Below are positions 30,101 to 44,519 of a DNA stretch of 64,000 nt, in pieces. A program made the position numbers and the translations under genes. The notes below the pieces were generated by a model, which saw only the letters and a list, made by a program, of their open reading frames with translations, ran no database searches and was not told the origin of the DNA. The stretch is from the human T2T-CHM13v2.0 reference genome, Homo sapiens: NCBI RefSeq assembly GCF_009914755.1, contig NC_060925.1; one strand, 5' to 3'. Within the stretch, counting starts at the first letter, position 1. Every line of letters begins with the position of its first letter.

Positions 30101-30687
30101 TGTGTTGAGTTCAAGGCAGCTAAGAGGAAATAAACATCCAGTACAGCTGAGCATATGGGCCACTCACTCTTCTGAGAGTTATAGGCTAAAGCGGAAGGTG
30201 TGGAGAAACTATTTCTCAATAGCCCTTGAAGCTATGGCAACCTTGAGATCACCTAGGGATGAATGTGAGGAGAGACTGAGGCTGTGACATTGGGGGAGTA
30301 ATAGAGCTGGAGCATTTGGGACACTAGGTGGTTGTGATGTCATAGGAGTTCAGGTCCATTTGATTATTCTACATAAAGTTTAATTGATTAACTCTCTATT
30401 TCAAGTGTTCTTTAAATACCATTTTATGACTGCAATCAAATGAACAGAAGGCATTGAAAGACAACTATATTTAAATATTTATTCTAATTAAATGTCTAAA
30501 ATCTTAATGATGTGTATTTTGTATAATCACACTGTGAGTACTACATAGAGTGCAATGTTAACTCTGCCAGTAGGTGCCACTAAGAGCACCTGGAAAAAGA
30601 TTCTAAGGAATAATCATAGGAAAAGAAAATGAAGAGTGCAAAGGCTTGTAACTTTGACTTGAATCTATTTCTCTTTAACAATTACAG

Positions 30688-30823
30688 GATGGTTCAGCAA
30701 TTTGCTGTGGACTTTGAGAAGAGAATTGAAGGGTCAGGGGATCAAGTAGATACCCTGGAACTCTCAGGTGGTGCTAAAATCAATCGTATTTTTCATGAAC
30801 GCTTTCCTTTTGAGATAGTAAAG
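30688..30823 (+). CDS. DNM3: Dynamin-3 exon 8 (136 bp), middle/stalk domain
   Basis: ttacag|GATGGTT...GTAAAG|gtttgt; [45 protein letters not shown]. Confidence 0.97.
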
Positions 30824-31637
30824 GTTTGTGTCAAACGTTATTTTTTTCTTAGTTTCACTTCACTTCCATATTCTGTTTTATACAACTTAATACAATATTG
30901 TGTGAGTGGTATAGAACTAACATAGTTCTTTGAACAAAACCTCCATATTCAGGTAATGAAATTCAGGAGAGGAATATGTTCTTACTGATGATTCTGATTT
31001 TATTTAATGAGATTTAACTACATTTCAAACACAAATACTAATTGAGTTTCCTAGTTTGTTGTCTAATTAATTTAAAAATATTTCTTAAGCATGTACTATG
31101 CACCACATTTCTAGGTGCCAGTGATTAAGACAGAGAAGACCCTTGCTTGTCTAGTGGGGAAAGACAGAAAATTAACAAATAGACAAAATACGAAAGTTTC
31201 AAATGTTTTTATGTAACATGATATGAGAGAGGGGATGGGTGAGCCACTTTTAATGGAATAATCAGGCAAATTCTGTCTGAGCAGGAGACATTTAAACTGT
31301 GCCCAGAATGGCATGAAGAGGTCAACTGGGTAAAGATCTGGGGGAAAGGGGTTGTTCAAGGCAGAAGTAGCAACCTCGGGTAAGGCACTAAAGTATGACA
31401 GGTGAAGAACAGATGTGGCTGATGAAGGAGAGGGGCATGAAGTGAATTTAGAGAGGGAGGAAGTGTCCAGTTCACACAAAGCTTTCTAGGTTGAGGTAAA
31501 GTCTTTATACTTAACAATGGGAAGTTACAGGAGGGTTTTAAGCAGTAATGTGACTTGATTTGTTGATGATTTTAGAAGAATAGTATGCCTGCTGGATTGT
31601 AAAGAGCCAAGAGAGTGAGGAGAACAGTAGGCCAGAC

Positions 31638-31807
31638 CAGGGGTGGATTCATTTTCTGTGGAGTCTAAAGCTTCTACAATTTTACAGGCCCCCTTGAAGA
31701 AGAATACAAAATTATAAACACACAGGCCCAGGGTCTTGGAAGAGGCTTGTGCAAGGGGGAAATGCTGAGAATTAAACTTCTTTAGCTTTCCAGTAAAAGT
31801 GCCCCAG
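31638..31807. mobile_element. MER53-like hAT MITE
   Basis: ends 'caggggtggatt' and 'agctttccagtaaaagtgccccag'; reverse complement resembles the recalled MER53 consensus. Confidence 0.6.
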
Positions 31808-33039
31808 CAAGAAAGGATAGAGAGATGGGTGGCTTTGGGGTTTTGGAGATAAAGTTGCTAGGGCTTCGATTGAAATGGGGGAATGGAAGAAAGGGAAGTT
31901 TTGAGATGACTTCCAATGTTTTGGCTTTCACAGCTGAGGGAGTGGTAGTGCCCATCAGATGAGGGAAATGGAGGAAAACCTCTGTTTGTATGGAGAAGTG
32001 AATTAGGAGTTCTGTTTTGGATGTGCTAAGCGTAAAATGCCCAATAGGCAGTTGAGTAGTTTTAGGGACCATGCTACTTGTCTCAAACAGAGAGGCGAGT
32101 GCTTATGTCTTCGTGTGGGAGGCAAATGGGTAAATAGATAATTTCATTAAAAATGTGCTAAGTAAAGTGATGAACTTCAGCAAAGGGTACTATGGAAACA
32201 CAGCCCACAGACATGAATCCCAGCTCAAGTGTGTAAGGGAGCCAGGCTTCTGAGCTGAGTTTGGAAGGATGAGCAGCTAGTTAAGCAGGAAGAGGTAGGT
32301 TACAGGAGGGGGTGATCCAGACAGGAGAGGAATGAGCTATGAAGCCATCAGTTATGGGTAGAGACCTAGAACAATTCGTCATTCTAGGGCATAAGCTGTG
32401 AGGGGAGGAAATGGACAGACAATGAAGCCGGAGAGGCCAAATCTCAGAGGTCAGGGTTGAACTCAATGTTCTTGGGCTATCCCTTCGAGGTCTAAGCTCT
32501 GTGACACTTTGGTCCTACTTCCAAATAGATTTATGGTACCTAGCGCTTCTGAGAAATATTTGTAATCTATCCTGTGTTGTCTTTTTAAAATATTACTAAT
32601 TTTCTTTTACAAAGAGGCCTTTAACTCAAATGATTTAAGTGGCCAGGGACAAAAGACAGCCATTGTTAATTTCAGGACATCTGTACTGCTACTGCACAGC
32701 AGGTGAAACTCTCATTTATGCATTCTTCTGTGCCCTCAAATTTACCATATTCAGCAAAAGAATGAAGAATTATACATTTCAAATGAATGGCTAGATTTAT
32801 GTCCAGAAGGCATCCTTATGCATAGCACTCCATATCTATAACAGAGTTAAAATCCACTGCCCCCAAGCTCCCCAAAATCCCTAGTGTTCTGTGTTGCCTT
32901 GAAATTTATATAAACAGATGTTTTGACCATCTGGGTTTAGGTTAGGAAAGACATGAGTATCCACTTATTAATAATGAAGTCAAGTTATTCTCATTCTGTA
33001 ATGTTCAACAATATTATTCAAAGGAATTAAGTGTCATAA

Positions 33040-33222
<183 letters not shown>

Positions 33223-33925
33223 TGAATAGGGTAGAATACAGAGGTGGGAGTAAGAAACAGGAAATCCTACTTTGGGGTTTAATGGTAACTTCCTGTATTG
33301 CTGTAGTCAGTTTTTTCCAAGTGAAAAAGCAAAAACATTTTCTGCATTTCCAGCCTGTACTCTGCACAATAGGGGATTCGCAGATTATCAAGACCCCATT
33401 CTCCAGAGCCTTCATTTTTCATGAGGGAGGCCAGACATGCTCATAATTAATCATTACTCACACCAGAGAAGGGACAGATTAATTTTGACTAGTGTTGTGG
33501 AGCAAGATTGGGAAAGATTAATGGAGGTTTTTACTTTCAAGTTTATCCTTTCCTGTGGGGAGGATGGTTTCAACAGGCCAGGAGGTGTTGTGTGTGCATG
33601 TGTGCTTGCACATGTGGGAGCGTGCATATGAAGTGGGCAGCAGTGTGATGAGACAGGAGAGGATGGAAGGATGGAATGGAGGTTGTTGAGGCTGGAGGAT
33701 AAAAGAAAGGGCTTTCCGGTGGAAGGGGTGGGATGACCAAAGGCAAAGAGGTGAGCGGGCACAGCATATATCCATGGAGCCAAGAGTCATGCATATGCAT
33801 TGGGACTGGCTTGAGGAATGCAGTCAGGAGAGCAGAGGGACCTGAGCTGGGTGGGGTTGGGGGTGGGGTAGAACTTGTGTCTGAATTTCCCCTTGTTTAA
33901 AGTGAGATTATTCTAAATTACCTTC

Positions 33926-34288
33926 CATCTTAGTCTGTTTGGACTGCTGTAACAAATGACTACAGACTGGGTGGCTTATAAACCACAGAAATTTATTTCT
34001 CACAGTTCTGGAGTTTGAAAATCCTAGGTCAGGGTGTGAGCATGGTCGGGTTCTGGTGAGATCCCTTTTCTGGCCTGCACAGTGCTGTCTTCTTATTCTG
34101 TCCTCATGTGGCAGAGAGAAAGCTAGTTAGCTCTCTGGCCTCTTCTTATAAGGGCACTAATCCCATTCATGAGGGTTCTGCCCTCATGATGTAATTACCT
34201 CCCAAAGGCCCTACCTCCTACTACCATCACATTGAAGGGTATGGTTTCAACATATGAAGTTTTAGGGGAACACATTCAGTTCACAACA
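33926..34288 (-). mobile_element. MaLR solo LTR (MLT1A-like)
   Basis: 'tcttagtctgtttggactgctgtaacaaa...cttcttataagggcactaatcccattcatgaggg...cacattcagttcacaaca'. Confidence 0.85.
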
Positions 34289-34636
34289 ATTTCTTTAAAG
34301 AACTATGATAAGAACAAATGATTTTAAAGCACATATTTATTCATTTCATGTACAGAAGGCTAAACATAACTTAATGAACATATGTTGAATTGCAGTGTCC
34401 TTAATTCAAGGAAATAAAACTTAGGTTGCCTAGTACATAGATTGCCTCATACGAAGGAGGTGGCCCCTGCCTGTTGTCATTTGTGGTTCAGCCTCTGCCA
34501 AAGGGCCAAGTTGAGACTGTGCTGGGAACAGGCCCTGAGAAGGCAAAGCTTGACACTGAGTTTGCATGTGATGGGTGATTTTACAAAGGAGTTATGATGC
34601 TTGAGTTATTTGTTGTTTTAAAATTTAGACAATCTG

Positions 34637-35275
34637 TTGGTGGGACTGTAAACTAGTTCAACCATTGTGAAAGTCAGTGTGGAGATTCCTCAGGGATCTA
34701 GAACTAGAAATACCATTTGACCCAGCCATCCCATTACTGGGTATATACCCAAAGGACTATAAATCACGCTGCTATAAAGACACATGCACACATATGTTTA
34801 TTGCAGCACTATTCACAATAGCAAAGACTTGGAACCAACCCAAATGTCCAACAATGATAGACTGGATTAAGAAAATGTGGCACATATACACCATGGAATA
34901 CTATGCAGCCATAAAAAATGATGAGTTCATGTCCTTTGTAGGGACATGGATGAAATTGGAAACCATCATTCTCAGTAAACTATCTCAAGGACAAAAAACC
35001 AAACACCACATGTTCTCACTCATAGATGGGAATTGAATAATGAGAACACATGGACACAGGAAGGGGAACATCACACTCTGGGGACTGTTGTTGGGTGGGA
35101 GTAGGGGGGAGGGATAGCATTAGGAGATATACCTAATGCTAAATGACGAGTTAATGGGTGCAGCACACCAGCATGGCACATGTATACATATGTAACTAAC
35201 CTGCACATTGTGCACATGTACCCTAAAACTTAAAGTATAATAATAATAAAAAAAAGAAAGAAAAAAGAGAAAAAA
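34637..35275 (+). mobile_element. 5'-truncated L1PA3/4 (ORF2 C-terminus plus 3'UTR)
   Basis: 17-bp TSD aaaatttagacaatctg at 34620-34636 and 35276-35292; A-rich tail. Confidence 0.95.
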
Positions 35276-37302
35276 AAAATTTAGACAATCTGCTCCACAA
35301 ATCTCAAATAGTATGGGCAGATACGAGTTTACAAAGTGAAGAGGAGAAAACATCTATAACCAAATCTAATGTTTTTTCTTTTACCATCGATAGGATTTCT
35401 AAGCTCCCTATTCTATTTCTTCTCCACCAAATCCAGAATACATTTGGTGTAGAAACTGTTTTGCTTTTTAGCTGGGCAGATTTGGTATTTGGACATGTTT
35501 ATCTGATAAATGCAGTGGAACCAAATTACATTTTTTGGGGTCATACAGTATTTGAAATCAGCCAAATACAGTATTTTTACTTCACTTGTAAAACTCATTA
35601 CCATATACAGCTTTTGTCAAATATAACTGCAAAATCTCAGTAATTCAGAATTGTCGATTTCTGATTTATATGCCTACCAACAGGGGATTGTTGGTGGTTA
35701 TTATAAATTTGCCTGTAAGATGATAAGAAATGCACAATGTCCTGAGCATAAGACATACTCATGGTATGCTTATTTAGGCCTTTAAATATATATTTGGTTT
35801 GACAATTTTTTTTTCCCATTTGATTCCATTGGCTATTTGAATAGTAGAAGCCCTCTTTGCCCATGAAGGACTTGATGGAAGAGATGCTTTGTTTTTCTTC
35901 ATTGTTTTGTTAACACTGAATGCTGACTATGAGCAAGGGAGGGAGACAGTCCTTATGGAGCAAATCAAGATAAATAGGGTAACAACTCTCCTTACTGTGT
36001 ATCCTGCAATGTGAAATAGAATGCTGGGCTTCCAAGAAGGAAGGTCTCAGCAGCAAGACTGGAACTATAAGTGCTTGCTTTGCATCTGGGCTTTAAAGCA
36101 CAGGTGGGATTTGAATAGGCCAAAATTGTTAACAGGGTAAAATGAACATCATAGACAAAGGCAAAGACATACAATATAAGCAAAGGCAAATTGACTGAAA
36201 CATAGGGTACGTGAAAGGTGAGGAGAAAAATAACTGTGAAGAAAGATTAGAGTCAAACAGTGGAAAAATTTTAATATTGTACTAAACAGTTTGGATTTGA
36301 TTCTGTACCTCGTTCAGAGAAATTACCATTATAATGTAGTATGATTACTACAGTTAGAAATAGAGGTGAGCATGGGGTGCTAAGCAAATGATAAGAAGGG
36401 GCGTCAAGTCAAGATAGTATAAGGGAAGTGTTGAAAAGATTTTCCAAAAGAGGTACCATAGAATTCAGTTGCAGGAAGAGAAGTTAACTAAATAAGAATA
36501 GGTGGGGAGGGGAGAGAAGAGGGCCTAGGAGTGGGGAGGACCCAGTGCCAAAGCCTGGAGCCTGCCAGCCTTCAGTCATGGCCAAGATTCAAAGTCCCCT
36601 GTTATTGTAGCTTCTCTCTACTGACCTTTTGTTTAAATTTGAGTAATCATTTTTCATTTTTTATGAATCACATATACACATGCACATGTATATATCTGCT
36701 TTCCTGAGCTCCTGTTCAGCATGAGAAAAGCATTATTATAACACCAGTTTGAATTAATTAGAGCCCAAAGGAAGACACTTGTTATTTTGGTTATCATTTG
36801 TTATTTTTATAAATTCATTATTTAGGCATCTTGAAATATTAAAATTAATTCATAACTCCCCTTACTGTCTTATACTCCCAGTACCCCAGGCCCTCAGATT
36901 GGGAACTATCTGTAATATAGTTGTCCTGGAATGGATAAATTGTATAATCTAGAAACTCTACTATTTTAGTGTATAAAAAGTGAAGCTCACTCGCTGTTCC
37001 ACAAAGGGCAAGGAATTGATTTTGGAATCTTTCAGAAATAGGAATCTAAATTGAGAACACCATTTCTATTGTAGCATTTCTTTTTATTGCTGCGAAACAG
37101 CAAGTTAAGACAAATTACAGTTAAATATTAGTTAAAGGTCACATGATGTGCCACATAAACATTTTGGGCACTATGTAACTTTTAAACTTGGTCTATTACA
37201 TGCTTAATTTAAATGGAATGTTAATTTAAACATTTTTCAAAAGATTTTTGAATATTACTCAATTAAAAAAATCTCATGGGCTGCTTGCTTTCTTACCTTC
37301 AG

Positions 37303-37441
37303 GACAGGGTTGTTTACTCCAGACATGGCATTTGAAGCGATAGTCAAGAAACAGATTGTAAAGTTGAAAGGGCCTTCCTTGAAGAGTGTGGATCTGGTAA
37401 TACAAGAATTAATCAACACTGTGAAGAAGTGTACCAAAAAA
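37303..37441 (+). CDS. DNM3: Dynamin-3 exon 10 (139 bp)
   Basis: cttcag|GACAGGG...AAAAAA|gtaagt; (R)[46 protein letters not shown]. Confidence 0.97.
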
Positions 37442-37867
37442 GTAAGTTCGAATTATTTAACTTTCCAGTACGTGGCTTTGGTTTATCAACATTCCCTATC
37501 TCATTGCATGATTCTCTTTCCCTGACCCTCACTTTGTTATAGATGTTGTGTGTTTGCCTACAGGGAATGGTTGTGGAAAGTACTGAGTGGGAATTGCTTT
37601 CAAGAAGGGCAGACATACTGTCTTCTATCATTCCTAATACGGTGGTTTAGAAAGAGTATATTTCTTTGGCTGATTTTCCCCATGTTGTCTTAAACAAATA
37701 AACATTATTTCCAAACTATTAGGCAAATGCTCTAAGCTCATTTTTCCTGTGGTGCATGGATGAGGGTAATTGTTAGAGAAGGAAATCACTGATAGTACAT
37801 ATATCAATAAGAAAATTCTTCTAAATTGCAAATATGTATTCCACTTGAGTCTGGCTGTTCTGGGAAG

Positions 37868-38115
37868 GGGCAGTGTAGTGTAGTGGATAAGAACCCAGCC
37901 TTGGGGTTTCAATGACCTAGATTGAAATCCTGGCTCTGATACTTTCTGTGTGACCTTGGGCTTAACCTCTCTAGTCTTGTTAATTTATCTGTGAAATGAG
38001 GATGATGATGATAATAGTAATACCACCTTAGTGAGGATTAAACAAGATGATGCCTGAAACCTATGGGACACCTAGCACACTGATTAACCATAATTTAAGT
38101 GCTCAATAAATGGTG
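37868..38115 (+). mobile_element. MIR
   Basis: 'ggcagtgtagtgtagtggataaga...tgtgtgaccttgggc..ttaacctctct...tctgtgaaatgagg...gctcaataaatgg'. Confidence 0.8.
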
Positions 38116-39049
38116 GCTGATCCATAAATTGCCATTTTAGCAGCAGTCAGTATTCTCTACCCTGAATATCTATTAAATCTATGCTGTAGAGTGCTGGGGC
38201 AAGACTTCCCAAGTAGGAGGACTCCTCACTGAGGAATATGGAGAACATGTGCTGAATTCCTCGGTTCATGAAAAGAATATCTTGCATTGAAAAACACAAA
38301 AAGAGAATTAGTGATGGTATTTACAGTAGGGTAGTTCTAGCCCCCTGACAGTTAACACTTGTGCTTTTAATATTTCTTCAACCTATGGATAATTCTGTTT
38401 TTGTTAGTTTTGTTATCCTTCCCTTTATAGATGGTTACTAGCAGTTACCTTTCTGAAAAACCAGTGGGAAGAAAGAGAGAGAATGAGAGGGACAGAGAAT
38501 GAGAATGAATATGAATATTAGTTCCCAGTTACCTGACAGAAAGGCTCAGGTAAAGAACAGATGTACATAGTAGAAGAGGCAAATGGGCTGAATTCCTAGA
38601 TGTGAAGGCTAAAAGAAAAGCAGTAAATGGAACTAGCTTAGGACCCAGAGGTGACTGGGAGGTTCAGACCCCTTCTCTAGAGCTCCTACTGCTCTTCCAC
38701 CTCATTTCCTAAACTCCTGGTTTCTCTTCTCCAAAACAAGAAAGAGCCACAGGAGTTAAGGGACTGAGGGACAGAAAGAAGAATGCCCATGGAGTTGAAA
38801 AAAATCAATCTTTCTACCATCTCACCAGTTGGAAACTTCAAGTCAGTTGCTAACACTCCTCATCCCTGCTGCCCTCACCTACTCTTCAGAATGCAACCTA
38901 TCGTGTCCCTTGTACATTTAAAGCTCTCTTAATTGATCTCTCTACTGACTTTCAAGATTAACTGATACTGAGTTTCCTACTAACCCTAAGGATTGCCACT
39001 CTCAGCACACAGATGTGTTTAGCCAGAGGCTTCTCTTTAGGTTGTCCAT

Positions 39050-39650
39050 GTCTCTTACTCCCACCAATTATCCTGTCTTCTTTACAAGGGACAGTTGTGC
39101 TGTGTTTGTTCCCAAACCCATTTAGCCAGTTGCACTTATTTTAATAATATACTTTAAATAAAGAGAGTAATTAAACTGACCCAATGCAGAAAAGACTTTG
39201 AGTTTTGTTTCTATGAAAACTAAACTGAATGCTATGAAAAGACTTGATAACTGTTAGCTACAAAAGCTCTGCTATTGACTAGGTGTAGGCAAGGTAATGA
39301 AAAGAATGTGTGTGTGTGAGGGATTATAAAAATCTGGATAGGTTTGGCATTCAAATTATTTCACAAGTATCTTCATGTTCTCCCTCCACTGTAAAGAAAG
39401 CAAAACTGGAAATCATAGATGAAGGATGTGGTTTATGTAAGACAGAAGATGCATAACTCCAATCAGCAGATCCATATGCAGAGAACAGATCTTGGCCTTA
39501 CATCAAAAGATTGGCACATGTGTGGACATTTATGTTTTAAGTTATATAAAGTGTTTATGGTATGCATGAATCTTTTTTTTTTATCATTTCCCATTTTATC
39601 CAACCTACTGGAAAGCCAACAGTCAGTTCTGATGGCATGGGATGAGACAG
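39050..39650 (+). mobile_element. Tigger DNA transposon relic (Tigger13a-like) with decayed transposase N-terminus
   Basis: 'gtttctatgaaaactaaactgaatgct..gaaaagactt.gataa', 'ccact.taaagaaa.caaaactggaaatcatagatga', 'ttggcc.tacatcaaaagattggc'. Confidence 0.7.
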
Positions 39651-39849
39651 CTTGTTCCCAGACACTTTTTGGCTTCTATTCTTGCTCTCTACCCTTTCCA
39701 TTATGCTCCTTGGATTGGTCTTCTATACATTTTTACTATCTTCTCAAAACATTTTATAGTTTGCCTTAGTTAAACACAAAATCTAGCTTTTCCCCTGAGG
39801 TTACTATTTACCCTTTAGCTTTCTTCAGTGAAGGATATTTATTCCAGCC

Positions 39850-42320
39850 TAAACTGGAAAAATCTGAGGGCCTTTATTGGGTATGACATTTGCCATTTTT
39901 CCTTTTGTGGCTTCCAAAGATTATTCCTTCACCTTCTCATAGTCTTCCTTTAAGGCCCAGGTGGTGCCAGCTGTACCTGTTCCTTATATTCACTGTCACC
40001 ACCAAGTTCCAGGTCACTCCCTTGCATTCATCAGGATCTTTAGAACCTGGCTTACATTTTTCCTCTCCATACCCAATTCACCTTCAACGTGGAAGTGTTC
40101 AGTGTCCATGTAGATATCATGTCCAATGCCTAAAAGCTACTTTTCTTTGAAATCTTTGCTCTCCATTCAGTCCACTCTAGCATCATAGTTTCATGACTTC
40201 TGGCTCTTGTTGTCATCAAAAAATGTTTTACTAGGAAATTGTAAACCTTAAAGGGCCTGCAGAATGCTGATCACCCCCTTCATCCTCTTTAGATTTTAAG
40301 CCAATTGGGAAATTAATGGAAAAGCTCTATTTTGAAGGTTTGAAATTTAGTGTCCACTTCACTGCTGACAGATCTAGGTTGGAAAATGTGTCTGGGCCTT
40401 GCTGCTAAAGTGGGAGCCTCCTGTTATTTCCCCTTCCAGCATTAAACCTTAGAGCCCACAAGGTGTATGGGTGAGCAGATGTACATCCATCATTAGTTTT
40501 TTTATCTATTACTTCAGTTCCACTTGGATTAACTTTGCCACCTGTTGAAACTCCAGGACTGCTAAAATTTACTGCTTATCTTTATTTTCCTTTCCCCCAG
40601 GCTTCTGAAGAGCTTGGAGATAATTGTCTATTTGTGTGAACTGGTGCCCCAATATATTCATGGTCTTCTTCTTAGTCCAATTTCAACTGCTGCCCCGTAG
40701 TGCTTCAGTGTCTTAGTAATTAGCAGCCTCCTGTGTTCTCCATGATAATGATGTTAAACTTTTAGCACTCTCTTCAAGCGACCTGACTCATCACTTTCAT
40801 CCTCACTTTCAATGAAGGTTTCGCAGAAAAAATAGGGGCCATAAATGGGCACTATGAAACATTGATTCTTGCCTTCTATCCCTCAAACTTACCTGTATTC
40901 ACAGCCACACCCCCTTCTTATCCTTGTCTCTGTTGAGATAGTATTCCTGATCAAGGGGGTGGGGGATGGTTTCCTATCTGTACTCTCACCTCCTTAGAGG
41001 ATGTACTCTTTTTAGCCTTTTATTTCCTGAATCATCATCTTCTCCATCACATTTTAAAAAATCAACATATAAATATATCTATGTCTGTCCTAATTTAAAA
41101 AGAAACAGTGACAAACACTCACCTGCTGCCCTATTTTTCTCCTCTCATGGTCAGCCTTCTTGGGAAAAAAGTAGTTTATGCTTTGCATCTTTACTGTGTC
41201 ATCTCCAGTTAATTCCTCAACTGAAATTTGGATTCTACCCCACTACTCTATAGAGTTAATTATTGCAAAGATCAGTGAGAGTCCTGATTGCCAAGCCTAA
41301 AGGACGCTCTTATTCCTGAGACTATATTCCACTCTCTTTATAAAGCTGGCACTCCTCTCTCATGGGTTCTCTTCCCTCTTTCTCTTTATTCCTTCTCTAC
41401 CTCCTTTGAGCATTCATCCATTTTTGCTTGCCTCTAAACACTGCGATCCCACAGAGCTTACTCCTGGTTTTATTCTCTTCTTACTATATTTTCTCCTTGA
41501 CAGATCATGTCTGTAATAGTTCAACTACCACTTAAAATATTGGTGATTCCCAAATCTGTACCTCTAGCTCAAGCCTCTTTATGGAAACTGTCTACAGACT
41601 ACTGCAACTATTCTCTTTTCTTACTTAAGGCCCTGAACATTACTTTTAAGCCTGAATTATTCCAGTGGCCCCCTAACTGATCTATTTCTAGCCTGGTCAC
41701 CCTCAAATTCATCTTTGCCATTGCTGTCAAAGTGATTTTTCTAAAATACAGCTATGCCTTTTGCCTATATCTTCAAAATTATTCAACGACTCCTCAGAGC
41801 CTTGAAAATAAAGTTCAGATCATTTAGGGTTGTATTTAGGTTCCCTGTCTGATCTCTGAATACTTCTCCAGCTATATCTTTGGTCCCACTGCTTGCTTCA
41901 GCCATTCTAGATGATTTGCACTATCCTCAAAGATTTTTCCTTCTTTTGACATTTGCATAAGTGATTCCTTTTGTCTAGAATGTCTCACTTTCCCTCCTGT
42001 GTTTACCTGCCATCCCCTCTCATTTTTAGGGAGGCAGCTCAATCATCCTATTTTCCTTAAAATCTTCCTAAAGGGCCTCTGTGAGTCACTTCCTGGTCTC
42101 TCTCCCAACTCCCTTTTTAGTGCTTCTGTTGATACCCTATGTGTATTTATATCATAGCATTTATGATACTGCCTTGAGATTTATTTGTATGTATTTGTTT
42201 ACATATCTCCTCTTGTTGATTGTAAGCTCCTTTGAAAAAAAAGGCGCTGTGTTTTTTATCTTCTCTCTAGCCTGTAACACAGTGACCAACTCCACATAGG
42301 GGCATTTTATAAATATTTAC
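39850..42320. mobile_element. Long degenerate L2 region
   Basis: pyrimidine-rich L2 motifs, ending 'gattgtaagctcctt..cacatagggg...ataaatattt'; ends approximate. Confidence 0.55.
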
Positions 42321-43366
42321 TAACAATTTAGATGTTCTAAAGTTATCCAGTGGTCAAAAATATATATACTTGGTTTTAAAATAGTATTTTAGCCATTCCT
42401 TTTAAAATGATAAAATTTAGGCAGGTTTTCTTTCAAACATCTATCCTTTTCCTTATGCTGCATTTTGATGTTTTTCATTTTTGGCCTTATTAGGTATACT
42501 TTCAATATCTTTTATTTAAAAACTGGTCTAATTAAAATATTTTGCAAAGCAAAATAATCCTAATTAGAGTTGAGTCTGCTGGGACTTTATTACTTGCTCG
42601 TTTTGAACATGAGCCATAGATAAGGTGACTATATAATTTATTGTTCAGTGCAGGACATTTTTGAGACTTAAAGGGAGTGCTATGAATACTTTCACTGGAG
42701 TAATAGGAGTAAACAAAGACTGCCTCAGGCAATGTGAAAATAAGTAATTCCAGCTATATTGTAATTATATATATATTTCTGTTATAGCATATATACATAT
42801 ATAAACATAAAATACAGTTTTCATTTACAACTCCTCATGTGATGCCTCATGTGTAAAAACCTTAAATGCTTTTTTCTTAAGCTGCATAAATAAACATCAG
42901 TGAAAAACATATGTGATTTATGTGTGTTCAAACAACAAAACACAAAGCTAGACTCCTAACCTGGGGAAATGCATTTCTTCCCAGATACTTTCTCACTGTT
43001 GTCTCTGGGGCACTGGAGGATAAGACAGGAACATTAGAGCTTTATGAGCTATTTGGCTTCAAGCCAGGGACATCTCAACGTTGAAATTATTTTGGTGGGC
43101 ATCTCTTTTCAGCTGCTTTTCTTTACCTCCTCTTCTCCAGTGCATCATCACAGGGTGCTGAAGGTCTTTTCAGAAAGCACTGAGAGGAACATCTTGATTT
43201 TTTTTTTAACCACAGTTTAGCAACTGTGCCATTTACTGGCCTCTTGGGAACCGACATTCTTGGATCATTATTATACTAATTAATTGATTTTTTTCTTGTT
43301 TAGAAAAAAAAAGTTTTGCAAGGAGAAAAAAAATACCTTAGTCAGCTATTAGAAATACAGGGAAAG

Positions 43367-43809
<443 letters not shown>

Positions 43810-44519
43810 TTACAAGGCCCTAGACAATCTTGCCCCCTGCTTTTCATCTCTAAACTCATCTTCTCCCCTTTCTCTCCTCCTCTTGGTCCACTCCAGCTGC
43901 ACTGGATTCCTTGTTTATTTAGCAGGCCAAGGACACATGTCTGTAGAGCCTTTGCACTTCTCATTCTTAATGTGGGAAATGATCTGCCCCAAGATATCTG
44001 CATGGATCAAACCATTGCTTCTTTCAGGCCTCTGCTATTCAAATGCCCCATAAAGCAGAGTCTTTCTCCGACTTTTCCATTTTCAGTTGCATAGCCTTCC
44101 CACAAATACACACACACACACACACCACACATGCACACCATCGTTAATCTACTTACCAAACTTTTTCTTTGCAGTATATATTACTATTAATATATTAATT
44201 ATATTATTTATGTCTGCTGTTGCTGTGTTATAAGATAATTAAGGGACCTTGAGAATACAAGTTCCATGAGAATAAGAACTTGGCTTATTAAGCTCATCGC
44301 TCTATTTTCCACCCCTAAAACAGCCTGGTTTTCAACAATGATTATTGAATGAATAATTTAAAAAATGAATTATGTCTCATTGATTCAGCAGGTGACGGTC
44401 AGTTTGGCTGAAGTAGGATGAAGGAAAATGGCTTCAAAGCATCATACTATTTAGGACTTTCTTTTAGGTTTATATAGATGTGCTATGGTTTTTACACTGT
44501 ATGAAAATACTTGCATTTC

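Larger units (their letters stand above)
29200..32480. mobile_element. L2 fragments either side of exon 8 (~29200-30350 and ~31060-32480)
   Basis: purine-rich L2 motifs such as 'ttgagctgagtcttaaaga', 'ggagggttttaagcag', 'gttctgttttggatgtg'; ends approximate. Confidence 0.55.

Noticed and set aside
31638-31807. MER53-derived miRNA hairpin (miR-1302 type)
   Set aside because: The arms look too degenerate to pair well; no support from sequence alone.
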